NCBI GenBank assembly: GCA_964597725.1
Contig: CAZQZA010000001.1
Span: 1 to 38,184, forward strand
From: an uncultured Dehalococcoidales bacterium
GTDB lineage: Bacteria > Chloroflexota > Dehalococcoidia > Dehalococcoidales > JAUVZE01
Length of the DNA stretch: 38,184 nt
Reading direction: 5' to 3'
The position numbers were made by a program, and so were the translations under genes. Below are positions 1 to 7,198 of this stretch, piece after piece. The first letter of the stretch is position 1; every line of letters starts with the position of its first letter. The notes under the pieces are model-generated. The model was not told the origin of the DNA. It saw only the letters and a program-made list of their open reading frames with translations, and did not search any database.

Positions 1-101
1 CAATCAGTTGGAAGCGCTCAGTCTTGCTAAGTCATTTTTATAATGTGTCTCCTATCAAGAGTGGTGTGATATTTTTATCGATATAGCGCCCATAAAAAAT
101 T

Positions 102-488
102 TTATCCCACCTGTTTCAGAAATTCCTCCAATTTAGCCCGCAACTCCTTGTACTGACCAACAACTTTATGGCCCTCCTCTGTCAATCTCGCATGTCCTCC
201 CCCAGCCCCACCCGTGGTTTTCTCAACCAGAGGGGCTGGCGCCAGACGATTCGCTGCTTCTATCCACAGCCAAGCATTGCGGTAACCTAATCTCATAGAC
301 CGAGCTGCTGCTGCTATTGAGCCAAACTTATCAATGCGCTCCAGCAGCATTATTCTCCCCCACCCCATATACAACTCGCCATCTTTCTCCACCCATATTC
401 TACCTCTTACCAAGTAGCCTGGCTCTGGGTGATGGGAAAAACGGGAGGGCTTCCTAGCCCTGTACTTTGGTATCTTTATCTTGGCCAC
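102..488 (-). CDS. ModE N-terminal-like winged-helix DNA-binding protein (no Mop/TOBE domains)
   Basis: 128-aa ORF with a GTG start. The segment GSIAAAARSMRLGYRNAW...LVEKTTGGAGGGHARLTEEG resembles the E. coli ModE N-domain (SGSISQGAKDAGISYKSAW...VERATGGKGGGGAVLT). The ORF ends before any molybdate-binding di-Mop region. Confidence 0.7.
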   Translation of the reverse strand: MAKIKIPKYRARKPSRFSHHPEPGYLVRGRIWVEKDGELYMGWGRIMLLERIDKFGSIAAAARSMRLGYRNAWLWIEAANRLAPAPLVEKTTGGAGGGHARLTEEGHKVVGQYKELRAKLEEFLKQVG

Positions 489-523
489 TTATCCTTTGCC
501 CCGGCTAGAGCAGTCAATGCTAT

Positions 524-551
524 ATTATAAGCGATATAACGCTCTTGTCAA
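524..551 (-). promoter_or_regulatory. Putative sigma70-type promoter of the ModE-like gene, overlapped by the conserved 14-nt motif
   Basis: Read on the minus strand: TTGACA (551-546), 16-nt spacer, TATAAT (529-524), about 35 nt upstream of the GTG start at 488. The motif TATATCGCTTATAA (538-525) overlaps the -10 box. Confidence 0.5.
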
Positions 552-647
552 GCTACTACAAGCTCTACTTAAGGTAGCCCAGCCGTCAGGCGCTGCTTTA
601 GCTCAGCGCTGATGTTTGTCTTACTGCTTCCAAGGTCGGTGTGAGCT

Positions 648-2096
648 CTAACCCTCTGCCTCATCCACGATTTGCTGGAGTTTTCTTTGGACCTCAACAT
701 CCAGAGGTTTTGGTTGGTGTGTAGCAAGGATTCTCTTTACCTGCTCCCTCGCCTTTGCCCGTATGTCTAGTGCCCCACTCTGCAACCACTCGTCCCTAGC
801 CATCCTGTTACCCAATTTTGCATCCCAGTTTTCAAGCTTATGGTATTCTGCAGTATGCCGGTGAGTTAGGAATTCTCCTCCTGGTCCCACCTCTCTAATT
901 ACCTCAACAGCAAGGGTATCTGGGTTAACGTCAATACCTCGCAATATTCTGGAGACCATGCCGCATATCTCGTTACCTATGACCGCCTGCTCGTGAACCG
1001 AAAGCACAGTGTCTTCCAGAGAAGAAGATGTACACTCAATAATTAGCTCACTCCCTGATAATGCAGTAAACATGTCTAATATACCTGTCTCATAGCCAGC
1101 CTGCGCGTCTAAAACGTTAGCCCGTGTCGTGGCTCCATGTATACCATGCGGTACCCCATAGTAGCGTAACATCTGGGCCAGAGCCACATTCATCAGTGCT
1201 TTCTCTGGACTAGCGAAAGTGAAGCTGCCGTACTTCAAATCTATAATAGAAGGGTACCCAAACAATCTGACGGGTACACCTGGCCTAACCAGTTGAGTTA
1301 GTATCAGACCAGCCAGGAGTTCGGCTACTGTTAACGTCAAAGTTCCAGCAAGAGTTACCGGCGATGTTCCACCAGTTGAGGGTATTGTGTAAATCTGAAA
1401 CGGATGTCCAAAACGGCAAATCTCGAGAAGAACGTCTACTCTATCTCGGTCAAAGATAAGGGGGCTTATTACTCCGAGACTAACTGTGAACATTGGCCTT
1501 CGGCGCAACGCCTCTTCATTCCCAGCTATGGCTATGCCCATCCTGATAAGGTCCTTCGCCGCTTTGCCATCATATGCGGTTGCGACAACCGGTTTCTCGG
1601 TGTTACTAAGTAATGCCTGAGATATGTGTCTGTCCAAAGCCTGAGTAGGAACATCCTGGGGGTAGATTTCGGGAAAGATGAGATGTGTATTCTCTAATGC
1701 ATCATGGATTCTCACATTATCTTCCAGGTCCTTCTTCGTAGCCGGCCTCCGCTCCCCAGTATCAAAATCGACAATAAACGTCGCCCCATGACCATTAGTG
1801 AAATGCACCTCTCCAGTGCCTGACTTAACGTCAAACTTTGGGTCCTTCCCACACACTGTCATAAAGCGGGGCGCGTGATTCAGAGCATACTCTACTAGAT
1901 GCAAGGGTATATGGGCAACCTGTTTTGCCTGGTCTATTTCTGCTCCAGCCCGGTTCAGGATATCCAATGCCTCTTCATGCACTACCTTCACACCCGGGTC
2001 CTCTAACACCTCAAGAGCCGCCTGATGAACTTGGAGTATCTCCTCTCTACTGAGGACCTCGATTGTTCTCCCCTTCAATGGCACTACACCGTACAT
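648..2096 (-). CDS. MttB-superfamily methyltransferase, non-pyrrolysine type (probable quaternary-amine:corrinoid methyltransferase)
   Basis: Uninterrupted 482-aa ORF with an AAGGAGG RBS. The N-terminus (LSREEILQVHQAALEVLEDPGVKV...ALDIL) and the length are typical of the trimethylamine methyltransferase MttB family. It lies directly downstream of a corrinoid protein gene. There is no in-frame TAG. Confidence 0.85.
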   Translation of the reverse strand: MYGVVPLKGRTIEVLSREEILQVHQAALEVLEDPGVKVVHEEALDILNRAGAEIDQAKQVAHIPLHLVEYALNHAPRFMTVCGKDPKFDVKSGTGEVHFTNGHGATFIVDFDTGERRPATKKDLEDNVRIHDALENTHLIFPEIYPQDVPTQALDRHISQALLSNTEKPVVATAYDGKAAKDLIRMGIAIAGNEEALRRRPMFTVSLGVISPLIFDRDRVDVLLEICRFGHPFQIYTIPSTGGTSPVTLAGTLTLTVAELLAGLILTQLVRPGVPVRLFGYPSIIDLKYGSFTFASPEKALMNVALAQMLRYYGVPHGIHGATTRANVLDAQAGYETGILDMFTALSGSELIIECTSSSLEDTVLSVHEQAVIGNEICGMVSRILRGIDVNPDTLAVEVIREVGPGGEFLTHRHTAEYHKLENWDAKLGNRMARDEWLQSGALDIRAKAREQVKRILATHQPKPLDVEVQRKLQQIVDEAEG

Positions 2097-2162
2097 TCTG
2101 CAACCTCCTTTGTTAAATCTAAACAGGCGCGGGCCAGCCCGCGCTTTAACTCAGTACAAACC

Positions 2163-2795
2163 CTATCCAACAAGCTCCCGTACTTTATCCACAGCTCCGG
2201 TAGCATCCCGGGCATATCCGTCAGCTCCAATTTGTGCTGCATATTCTGGACTAACCGGGGCACCACCGATGAGCACCCTGACCCCTTCCCGCATGTCAGC
2301 CGCTTTTAGTGCTTCGATTGTATTTTTCATCTCAGGCATGGTTGTTGTTAATAGGGCCGACATAGCTACAATGGGAGCTTCCTCTTCTCGGGTAACCTGC
2401 ACAAATCTTTCCACTGGTACATCTGTACCCAGATCAATTACTTGAAAGCCAGCGCCTCTGAGCATCATGCCAACAAGATTCTTACCAATGTCATGGAGGT
2501 CTCCCTTAACTGTACCAAACACCACTTTGGGGCCTAAGCCAACTCCACTGGTGACAAGTAAAGGCCTGAGTAAATCCATTCCTGTATGCATCGCCGTGGC
2601 TGACATTAACACTTCAGGGATGAAAATTTCATGTTTTTTCATCCTTTCCCCGATGACATTCATACCAGCAATGAGCCCTTCGTTAAGTATCTTCTCCGCG
2701 CTGATGCGACTACTGATTGCTTGTTGAACCAGTTCTCTTACTTTCTCCTTTTCACCCTCGATTACCGAGTTTGCAATGATTGTCAAATCTACCAT
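2163..2795 (-). CDS. Cobalamin-binding corrinoid protein (MtgC/MttC-like)
   Basis: 210 aa. It carries the B12-binding DxHxxG motif (GDLHDIGKNLV) followed by MSALLTTTM and IGGAP. An N-terminal helical cap domain is present, and the RBS is AAGGAGG. Confidence 0.85.
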   Translation of the reverse strand: MVDLTIIANSVIEGEKEKVRELVQQAISSRISAEKILNEGLIAGMNVIGERMKKHEIFIPEVLMSATAMHTGMDLLRPLLVTSGVGLGPKVVFGTVKGDLHDIGKNLVGMMLRGAGFQVIDLGTDVPVERFVQVTREEEAPIVAMSALLTTTMPEMKNTIEALKAADMREGVRVLIGGAPVSPEYAAQIGADGYARDATGAVDKVRELVG

Positions 2796-2883
2796 TTCAC
2801 CTCCTTTCTTGGATAGTCATAAGATATACTCCGAGCACCTTGCCGTTCCAAAAAGATATGTACACCCTCGACTTTGCCGAGGT

Positions 2884-4200
2884 TCACCCTCTCAGCTGCA
2901 TCATCAAATTTGGAAGCCATAGAGCTATCTGGGGGAATATCATAATTATGGCCATACCAATTATCAGAACTCCGAGGAAGGGGAATATAGACTTGTAGAT
3001 GTCTCCTGTAGTTATCCCTGGAGGAGCGACTGACTTCAGGTAGAATAGCTGGTAGCCAAAGGGTGGCGTTACGTAACCCATCTGCATATTAATAACGAAG
3101 AGGATTCCGAACCATATGGGGTCGAAGCCCAGCTCCCTAATTATAGGGAAACCGATAGGGACAAGGATGAAAATGATGGCGAAAGGGTCGAGAAACATTC
3201 CTAGGAAGAAGGCAACCAAGTTTATTGCGATGAGAATACCCCAGCGACCAAATCCTAGTCCCGTCACTAACTCAGTTATGAAGGCCCCCCCACCGGCTCT
3301 AGCATATACCGCGCTGAAGGCCATAGCTCCAAAAAAAATCCACATCGTCAAGACGGTAATTCTAAAGGTTTCGGTGGTTGTCTCTCTGATAATTTTCCAG
3401 CTAAACCGACGGTGGATGCCAACAGCTATGAGCACAGCCACTACACCTAGTGAGGCAGCCTCGGTAGGCGTGGCAATCCCGAAAAAAATCGAGCCCAAAA
3501 CGGCCAGGATAATCAGTAGGGGTAAAATCACCGCTCTGGTGGAGATGACTTTCTCTCTCAGGGTAAACTTCTCCGGGTGTGGTGGGCATAACTTGGGGTT
3601 GAGCCAAGCTCTTACACCTATATAGGCTATGAACAGAGTGCCAAGGAGAAGACCAGGCCCGACCCCGGCCATAAACAGCTTACCCACTGATACTCGGCCT
3701 ATCAGGGCAATCAGAATACTTATTATGCTGGGGGGAATTAGTATCCCCAGCGTCCCCGCCCCGGCTACAGTGCCTAATGCTATATTCTTGTTATAGCGGC
3801 GCCTAAGCATAGCTGGAACAGCTATCAGTCCCATAGTGAGAGTGGCGGTAGCGGTGACGCCGGTCATAGCAGCGAAGATGGCGCATATGACCACTGTTCC
3901 CATGGCGATGCCGCCTCTTAGCGGGCCTGACCAGCGGTGCGCCGACTCAAAAAGGGCTTCGGCGATGCCGGCACGCTCCAGTAGAATTCCCATCGAGATA
4001 AACAAGGGAATGGCGACAAGAACGATGTTCCACATACAGCCAAAGGTGTTGAAAACAATTAGCAACAGACCTTCAGTGCCCCACAGTAAATAACAAACCA
4101 CTACGGCAACACCCCCTAGGCACCAGGCAAGAGGAACACCCAGTATGAGAGCTGCTACTAGACCGCCAAACATTACCAGGGTGACTAGCTCAATACTCAT
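2884..4200 (-). CDS. TRAP transporter large permease (DctM family)
   Basis: Highly hydrophobic polytopic protein of about 438 aa with DctM-like segments. I chose the start MSIELV at 4200, which overlaps the DctQ stop. The track ORF extends to 4239. Confidence 0.85.
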   Translation of the reverse strand: MSIELVTLVMFGGLVAALILGVPLAWCLGGVAVVVCYLLWGTEGLLLIVFNTFGCMWNIVLVAIPLFISMGILLERAGIAEALFESAHRWSGPLRGGIAMGTVVICAIFAAMTGVTATATLTMGLIAVPAMLRRRYNKNIALGTVAGAGTLGILIPPSIISILIALIGRVSVGKLFMAGVGPGLLLGTLFIAYIGVRAWLNPKLCPPHPEKFTLREKVISTRAVILPLLIILAVLGSIFFGIATPTEAASLGVVAVLIAVGIHRRFSWKIIRETTTETFRITVLTMWIFFGAMAFSAVYARAGGGAFITELVTGLGFGRWGILIAINLVAFFLGMFLDPFAIIFILVPIGFPIIRELGFDPIWFGILFVINMQMGYVTPPFGYQLFYLKSVAPPGITTGDIYKSIFPFLGVLIIGMAIIMIFPQIALWLPNLMMQLRG

Positions 4201-4696
4201 ACTGCCTCCCGGTGATGGCGGTGAAGAGGTCGTGCCCAAATTTTGCCAATCCCTGAAGCAATATCAGCAAAGCCCCTAGGGGAATCATCAGCTTAACCGG
4301 GTAGAGGGGGGCACGGAAGGGAGTATTACAGGGTTCTAATCGTATCAAGGATTCCCAGGCATAACCAATCCCCCACCATAGCAGCACGCCACAGAAAGCA
4401 AGGAAAAGCGGAGTCCCGACCACGTCTAAAATCGCTCGTGTTCTGAGAGAGAAGCGGTTGTAGATTACGTCCATATTAATATGCGACTTATGGAGCAGGA
4501 CGTAGGCGCCACCAATGAAGTAGTAGGCAGCGAAGATGCGTTGAGTTGTTCCGTGAGCCCATATAGTCGGGGCATCAAATAGATACCTTAGAAAAATCTC
4601 ATATACCAACACCACCACACCCGGCCACAGCAGGTAAGCGAAAAGCTTTCCCGACCATTCACTGATGCCATCAATAAACTTGAGCAAGCGTCTCAT
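4190..4696 (-). CDS. TRAP transporter small permease (DctQ family)
   Basis: 168-aa protein with about four transmembrane segments, lying between the SBP and DctM genes. Size and position are typical of DctQ. Confidence 0.75.
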   Translation of the reverse strand: MRRLLKFIDGISEWSGKLFAYLLWPGVVVLVYEIFLRYLFDAPTIWAHGTTQRIFAAYYFIGGAYVLLHKSHINMDVIYNRFSLRTRAILDVVGTPLFLAFCGVLLWWGIGYAWESLIRLEPCNTPFRAPLYPVKLMIPLGALLILLQGLAKFGHDLFTAITGRQYEY

Positions 4697-4721
4697 CGTG
4701 TCCTCTATTATGCTTTATCAG

Positions 4722-4754
4722 GGTAGAGGTAGAGGCAATGCCTCTACCTCTACC
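4722..4754 (-). promoter_or_regulatory. Intercistronic stem-loop between the TRAP SBP and permease genes
   Basis: Near-perfect 33-nt palindrome: ggtagaggtagaggca-a-tgcctctacctctacc (16-nt arms). It lies in the 100-nt gap between the SBP stop (4797) and the DctQ start (4696). No U-tract follows it. Confidence 0.55.
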
Positions 4755-4796
4755 AGTCGCCAGACTACTGAACTTTGCTGATGGTTGTGAGCTAGA

Positions 4797-5933
4797 TTAA
4801 TCCAGCAACCCCAGCGCTTTCATGTAGTCCTGTAGTATTGCCGTGGCCTCAGCGAAGATGGGATCTTCTGCCGAATACTTATCCAGAACCGCCATCGAGT
4901 ATTCACTCATTATCCGTTGCTCTTCCACAGGCAAATGTGTTATCGTGTAGTCCCATTCCTCGACTAATTTCTCTGTCCATATGGCATCCCACCCAAAGTA
5001 AGAGGCAGTAAATATGTCACTGGCGTACGAGCAACTTTCGTAAAGGAGCATTTGGAGGTCATCAGGTAGCTCGTTCCAGGCATCCACATTTACATGTAAA
5101 GCCCAGGCATCAACCGGGGTTATAGGCGTTTCCAGGAAATACCCCGGCTTGAGAGGCTCATGAAATCCTGCATCAGCTATTACGCCTACACCTCCTCCCA
5201 TTACCACACCGTCAATAAGCCCCGTATCCAGCGCCCCGTAAATCTCCCCCCAGGGGAAGTAGACCGGTGACGCCTCTGCCTCTGCCAATACCTCTGCGTA
5301 GATACCGGTAGCCCTGAGTTTTTCCCCTTTAAAGTCGGCTGCCTTGGTAATGGGGAAGTTGGTCAGCGCCACGGTAATATCGGTTGGCATGGTAGCCACG
5401 TAGAAAATGTTGTGCTCGGCGTAAGCCTCCCGCAGCAGCTCCTCAAGTCCGAGCTTATAATAGAGGACGGTATAATGTTCCCATCTCGGCAGGGTGAACG
5501 GAGGAAGACCGCCCGAATAGATAGCCATCGGAAGCTTGCCTGTCCAGTATGGACCATAACTAAAATCAATCTTTAGCGTCCCTGTGGAGACAGCGTCAAA
5601 TGTCTCCAGCACTGGCATTATCTCACCACCTGCGTATGGTGTGATATCCAGCCGCCCTCCGCTTGCCACCCTGAGGTCATCACACCATCTTACGAGAACA
5701 TCCCAGTCCCAAGTCCCCCTGTACAGAGGATATGTCATATCCCACTCATATACTTCCTCTGCTGGTGGTGGTGGTGTTGGTGTTGGTGTTGGTGTTGGTG
5801 TTGGTGTCGGTGTTGGTGTTGGTGTCGGTGTTGGTGTTGGTGTTGGTGTTGGTGTCACTGGGGCAGCGCAAGCTATTAGGGCTATAATTAATGCTATACT
5901 GCCCAGCAGCACCAATAACTTTGTCAGTTTCAT
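4797..5933 (-). CDS. TRAP transporter substrate-binding lipoprotein (DctP type) with a (Thr-Pro)14 linker
   Basis: I chose the start MKLTKLL at 5933, preceded by AGGAGGAGG. The signal peptide has the lipobox LIAC, followed by a (TP)14-PPPP linker. The mature domain has DctP-like segments (YAGGEIMPVLETFDAVSTGTL...YWTGKLP). Confidence 0.8.
   Translation of the reverse strand: MKLTKLLVLLGSIALIIALIACAAPVTPTPTPTPTPTPTPTPTPTPTPTPTPTPPPPAEEVYEWDMTYPLYRGTWDWDVLVRWCDDLRVASGGRLDITPYAGGEIMPVLETFDAVSTGTLKIDFSYGPYWTGKLPMAIYSGGLPPFTLPRWEHYTVLYYKLGLEELLREAYAEHNIFYVATMPTDITVALTNFPITKAADFKGEKLRATGIYAEVLAEAEASPVYFPWGEIYGALDTGLIDGVVMGGGVGVIADAGFHEPLKPGYFLETPITPVDAWALHVNVDAWNELPDDLQMLLYESCSYASDIFTASYFGWDAIWTEKLVEEWDYTITHLPVEEQRIMSEYSMAVLDKYSAEDPIFAEATAILQDYMKALGLLD
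5773..5856 (-). repeat. Hexanucleotide tandem repeat GGTGT(T/C) x14 (coding, Thr-Pro linker)
   Basis: Fourteen consecutive 6-nt units: 11 GGTGTT and 3 GGTGTC. They sit inside the SBP gene and are preceded by a GGT run (5764-5772) encoding PPPP. Confidence 0.95.
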
Positions 5934-6001
5934 CTCCTCCTCCTTTTTTTGAAAACTTTTAGCTGCTTTTGGGTTAGGCTTCACATTTTTGGTTCACCCC
6001 C

Positions 6002-6013
6002 TTCTAATTAGAA
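6002..6013. promoter_or_regulatory. Perfect 12-bp palindrome TTCTAATTAGAA in the 5' leader of the TRAP operon
   Basis: Self-complementary 12-mer about 70 nt upstream of the SBP start, overlapping a second inverted repeat GAATG-N4-CATTC. It is a candidate operator; no function has been demonstrated. Confidence 0.3.
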
Positions 6014-6064
6014 TGTGACCATTCTTCATGTTAATATTCTTATAATAAGCATGGCACACGATAT

Positions 6065-6115
6065 TCATATGCGATATACTTAGCGCATGGTAACACTTTT
6101 AATAATATTTGTCAA
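6065..6115 (-). promoter_or_regulatory. Putative promoter of the TRAP/corrinoid/MttB operon plus the conserved 14-nt motif
   Basis: Read on the minus strand: TTGACA (6115-6110), 17-nt spacer, TACCAT (6092-6087), 8 nt, TATATCGCATATGA (6078-6065). This is the same architecture as at 33692-33742. Confidence 0.45.
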
Positions 6116-6136
6116 TACCTTGTAGAGTACAGAGTA

Positions 6137-6165
6137 TTGACGGATAGGTTAGAAATGTTTATGCT
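6137..6165 (+). promoter_or_regulatory. Putative promoter of the MarR gene
   Basis: TTGACG (6137-6142), 17-nt spacer, TATGCT (6160-6165), 45 nt upstream of the ATG at 6211. The inverted repeat CTCAT-gt-ATGAG (6163-6174) overlaps the -10 box and the likely transcription start. Confidence 0.4.
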
Positions 6166-6210
6166 CATGTATGAGTCTTGCCTGCTGGTATCAATGGAGG
6201 TGTGTGAGCA

Positions 6211-6702
6211 ATGTACGAAGAACGGGATAATCATTTGGTAGCTGACCGAGATTTTGTCCTCTGGGCCTTAATAAGACAAACGCAGTGGGTGATCTTGAGA
6301 GTAAGGGAAGCAGAACTGGCTCAATATGATCTTACCCCTGAGCAGGCTGCCGTTTGTCTCTTTACCCATCTAGCTGGTAATAACCCCACTCCCAGTGAAT
6401 TGTCGCGGTGGTTGGTTCGTGAGCCCCACACCGTATCCGGAATGCTGAGCAGAATGGAAAAAAAAGGCCTGGTGAGAAAGGTCAAGGACCTGGACCGAAA
6501 GAACCAGATAAGAGTTGTGTTGACGGAAAAAGGACAGCGGGCCTTTGAGCAGGCAACTAAAAGAGAGTGCATCCATCAGATATTCTCGTGCTTGACTGAT
6601 GAAGACCGCAAACAACTGAAGTCACTCTTGGGTAAACTACGGGACACGACGCTGGAGGAGTTTGGCATGTTTAAAAAACCGCCATATCCTCCGCTGGAGT
6701 AA
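6211..6702 (+). CDS. MarR-family transcriptional regulator
   Basis: 163 aa. The winged-HTH core TPSELSRWLVREPHTVSGMLSRMEKKGLVRKVKDLDRKNQIRVVLTEKG is typical of MarR. The gene is divergent from the TRAP operon. Confidence 0.85.
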   Translation: MYEERDNHLVADRDFVLWALIRQTQWVILRVREAELAQYDLTPEQAAVCLFTHLAGNNPTPSELSRWLVREPHTVSGMLSRMEKKGLVRKVKDLDRKNQIRVVLTEKGQRAFEQATKRECIHQIFSCLTDEDRKQLKSLLGKLRDTTLEEFGMFKKPPYPPLE

Positions 6703-6891
6703 GTGCCTTCCTGCGCCGGCTATGATTAACCGCGAACATTGTAGCGATTTAGCAAGTAAGGAGTAAAAACAAAAGATAAGCCGTAGGACTTCTGCGATCT
6801 TCTTGCCGTTACGACAAGATTTGAGCAATAGTTGACACACCGTTGGTAGTATATTAAATCTGCAACATGTGTGTCGCATTGGGAGGCGAGA

Positions 6892-7092
6892 ATGCTTGAG
6901 GTTTATCAGGAATTAGTCAATGTAATGCAAAAAGGGGAGCGGGCAGTATTAGCCACTGTCATCTCCAGTCGTGGCTCGGCGCCACGGAAAGCCGGAGTAA
7001 AGATGCTCGTCAGGAAAGACAGCACTTTTGTGGGTACCAGAGGTGGTGGGAGTGTGGAGCAGCAGGTTCAAGGGAGGAGATTTGGCTGGTAA
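6892..7092 (+). pseudogene. XdhC/CoxI-family N-terminal domain only (truncated XdhC-like Mo-enzyme maturation factor)
   Basis: 66 aa from the ATG at 6892 (RBS GGGAGG). AVLATVISSRGSAPRKAGVKMLV...GTRGGGSVE matches the XdhC_CoxI N-domain. The ORF stops after this domain, and only about 100 nt remain before the next gene, so the C-terminal Rossmann-like domain is missing. Confidence 0.5.
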
Positions 7093-7198
7093 GATTCTGG
7101 CGATGAGACACACCCAGATTGAACAGGTTGTACCGGGACATGCACAATTACCAAAAACAGTGGTCGAGGTTATTCAAAAAGGAATCAGAAGTTAATCT

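Noticed and set aside
586-612. Hairpin tcag(g)cgctg-ctttagct-cagcgctga, considered as an intrinsic terminator of the MttB operon.
   Set aside because: The stem is only about 9 bp with a bulge, and there is no U-tract on the minus-strand transcript. It may still have some function, but it cannot be called a terminator.
648-2096. Possibility that the MttB homolog is a pyrrolysine (in-frame UAG) enzyme.
   Set aside because: The 482-aa frame is continuous from an RBS-preceded ATG to the stop, with no internal TAG. This is consistent with the non-Pyl branch of the family.
5584-5952. Plus-strand ORF with a (Gly-Val)n run.
   Set aside because: It is the antisense reading of the Thr-Pro hexanucleotide repeat in the TRAP SBP gene and is not an independent gene.
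6832-6860. TTGACA at 6832-6837, considered as the -35 box of a promoter for the XdhC-like and MocA-like genes.
   Set aside because: The candidate -10 elements are poor or badly spaced. TATATT lies at a 12-nt spacing and TAAATC at a 17-nt spacing. I left this as uncertain.
7091-7195. Short frame downstream of the XdhC-like ORF, considered as a frameshifted XdhC C-terminus.
   Set aside because: The 34-residue translation has no convincing similarity to the XdhC C-domain by eye, so it cannot be supported without a search.
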